From positions 81,902,001 to 81,966,000 of the forward strand of contig OX597823.1 in assembly GCA_951406725.2 (NCBI GenBank): a stretch of 64,000 nt of DNA, written 5' to 3'. The notes beneath the pieces are model-generated. The model saw only the letters and a program-made list of their open reading frames with translations. It was not told the DNA's origin and searched no databases. The stretch comes from Octopus vulgaris. Its lineage: Eukaryota. Made by a program: the position numbers and the translations under genes. Each line of letters opens with the position of its first letter. Position 1 is the first letter of the stretch. Below, in pieces: positions 62,181-64,000 of the stretch.

Positions 62181-62203
62181 TTGCAATACTGACGCTATGT
62201 CTT

Positions 62204-62275
62204 TCCCATGTGGTCTAGTGGTTAGGATTCCTGGCTTTCACCCAGGCGGCCCGGGTTCGATTCCCGGCATGGGAA
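62204..62275 (+). tRNA. tRNA-Glu(TTC)
   Basis: Identical to consensus. Confidence 0.97.
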
Positions 62276-63287
62276 CGCGAACTTCTTTTTTTTAAAGTTA
62301 GAATCTATTTGTTGTAATATTGAATATTACTGCTATTTATAACTATTTCAGTTATTCACCTTACAAATTGTGTTCGGGAACAGATTATGCTCGTATATAC
62401 AGACTCCAGTGTATATAGAACTCCAAAGTACATCTGTTATCACTGCAAATGAATTCTGACAGACAACAATTATGCGTTCCTAGGGCGGGAACGTTATGAA
62501 TAAATAAGGGGGTGGGGGATTGAAAGCTATTTTAAATACGGTAGGATACTATTATCAGAACTGTTGTCTGAACGAATTAAAAAAAAAAAAAAGAGAATCA
62601 TTTCTGTTTAGTTACACTAATATTGAAAATTTTAAAATTTGGTGTATTGAGATGTAAATTTCCATGTTGAATCTCGGGAGATATTTCACTTTTATCAAAA
62701 TAATGTTTTAAAAAGTCACATAATTTTTACCCTGTCAGAAAACAGGATTTGGAAGCTGTCATTTTGTGCGTGACAGCACATGTTGGTAACTGTAAACAAA
62801 TGGAATACTAACGGTGTTCTGCTTTGTATACGCCATATAACATTTCATGAAAAAAAAAAGTTTATTTTTTAGAATTTTCTGAAAATTTTAGTGAATTTGT
62901 ATTGCACGTACGGGATTTCGTACGACTGTGCAAAGGAGAAAAAAAGTAATGAATAAAAAATTGCAGTTCTTCTGAAAATTGTATTTGATTTAGCTTCTCC
63001 AGCGAAAGAAAGCTTTGAAAGGCTGTTCCGAGCCTGTACCAGTTTGTGTCTCACCTCCTTCATTGTCTTTGCCATTGTCCTGATGTAGTACCAGGCAGTG
63101 GCTCACATGCCATCTGATCTTAACTGATTGGAAGTGTTACCATGTATATTGCTGTGTCTTGGTATAAAAGATGGGCTACAGCAAATATTCTGCTCAGTAC
63201 CACACATTTGCTGATCATTTGCTTGACCTTAATCACTTGAACATGTCTCTTAGTGGCTGACGATATGAGCATCTCTGATCACGAGCA

Positions 63288-63342
<55 letters not shown>

Positions 63343-63521
63343 ACATATGTACACACACAAATAGTTAAAAATAACCCAGCGCTTTTATAAAACAGTAATA
63401 ATTTAAAACTTTTCCTAAGTCAGAATTTAGAAACACACACTCACATACAAACACACACAAATAGTTAAATACAACGTAGTGTTTACATAAACCAGTAATT
63501 GCAATACTGCCGCTATGTCTT

Positions 63522-63593
63522 TCCCATGTGGTCTAGTGGTTAGGATTCCTGGCTTTCACCCAGGCGGCCCGGGTTCGATTCCCGGCATGGGAA
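63522..63593 (+). tRNA. tRNA-Glu(TTC)
   Basis: Identical to consensus. Confidence 0.97.
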
Positions 63594-64000
63594 CGCAAGC
63601 ATTTTGCTTTAGTTAGAATCTATTTGTTGATAACCTCTAGTTTTAAATCATTTATACTTTTCATTTCTGTTCTTTCTGCTGGATGGTCTTCATTTTAGAA
63701 ATGCTTTGGCAGGTCTAACGAAGTACTAAAACTTTATACATTTATGTGTATGTACGCATGCCTAGACACACTCATACGCACACACACACGCACACACACA
63801 AACGCGTCAGTTTTAAATAAAACAGTAACTGTTACTATAAATATCTTGTCTTCACACAGGCGGACCGTGTTTGAGTAGCGGCGTGGGAGTGCATATCTTT
63901 TCTGTGATGGAATTTAACTGTAGCTAAATTGAAGGGATCTTTTCCGTTGCTATCACTGTTTGTAAAATGTTAAAATTAAGTGAAACGGAGTGTTAGGTAA

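Larger units (their letters stand above)
60911..63630. repeat. Tandem repeat with a unit of about 1.3 kb
   Basis: tRNA starts at 60911, 62204 and 63522 (periods 1293 and 1318) with collinear spacers. Confidence 0.92.

Overview
AT-rich, microsatellite-rich eukaryotic DNA. The SINE families look like those I associate with octopus/cephalopod genomes (inference, not checked). I see no host protein-coding gene. The window is a tRNA-Glu gene cluster: 22 copies identical to a 72-nt tRNA-Glu(TTC) consensus, 6 full-length variants (one with a CTC anticodon), and at least 8 degenerate copies or fragments. The cluster grew by inverted, tandem (about 4-4.8 kb and 1.3 kb units) and segmental (about 36.9-49.4 kb vs 49.4-56.4 kb) duplication. 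It carries many mobile elements: two CR1/L2-group LINEs, two Tx1-clade LINE fragments, RTE-BovB-like relics, three co-duplicated dead mariners, non-autonomous Helitrons, MULE/hAT/TA-type MITEs, a solo LTR and at least three tRNA-derived SINE families. Two observations stand out. (1) A tRNA-headed element carries a hammerhead ribozyme and an inverted copy of its tail (40908-41339), like a Penelope-mobilised SINE or retrozyme; two unrelated hammerhead motifs lie nearby. (2) A Tx1 LINE and a SINE share a 3' tail, and both end at the same nucleotide inside that SINE's tRNA-derived head (35457 and 12271), which suggests a SINE-targeting LINE/SINE pair. Repeat boundaries are read by eye and are approximate unless a target-site duplication (TSD) or empty site is cited.
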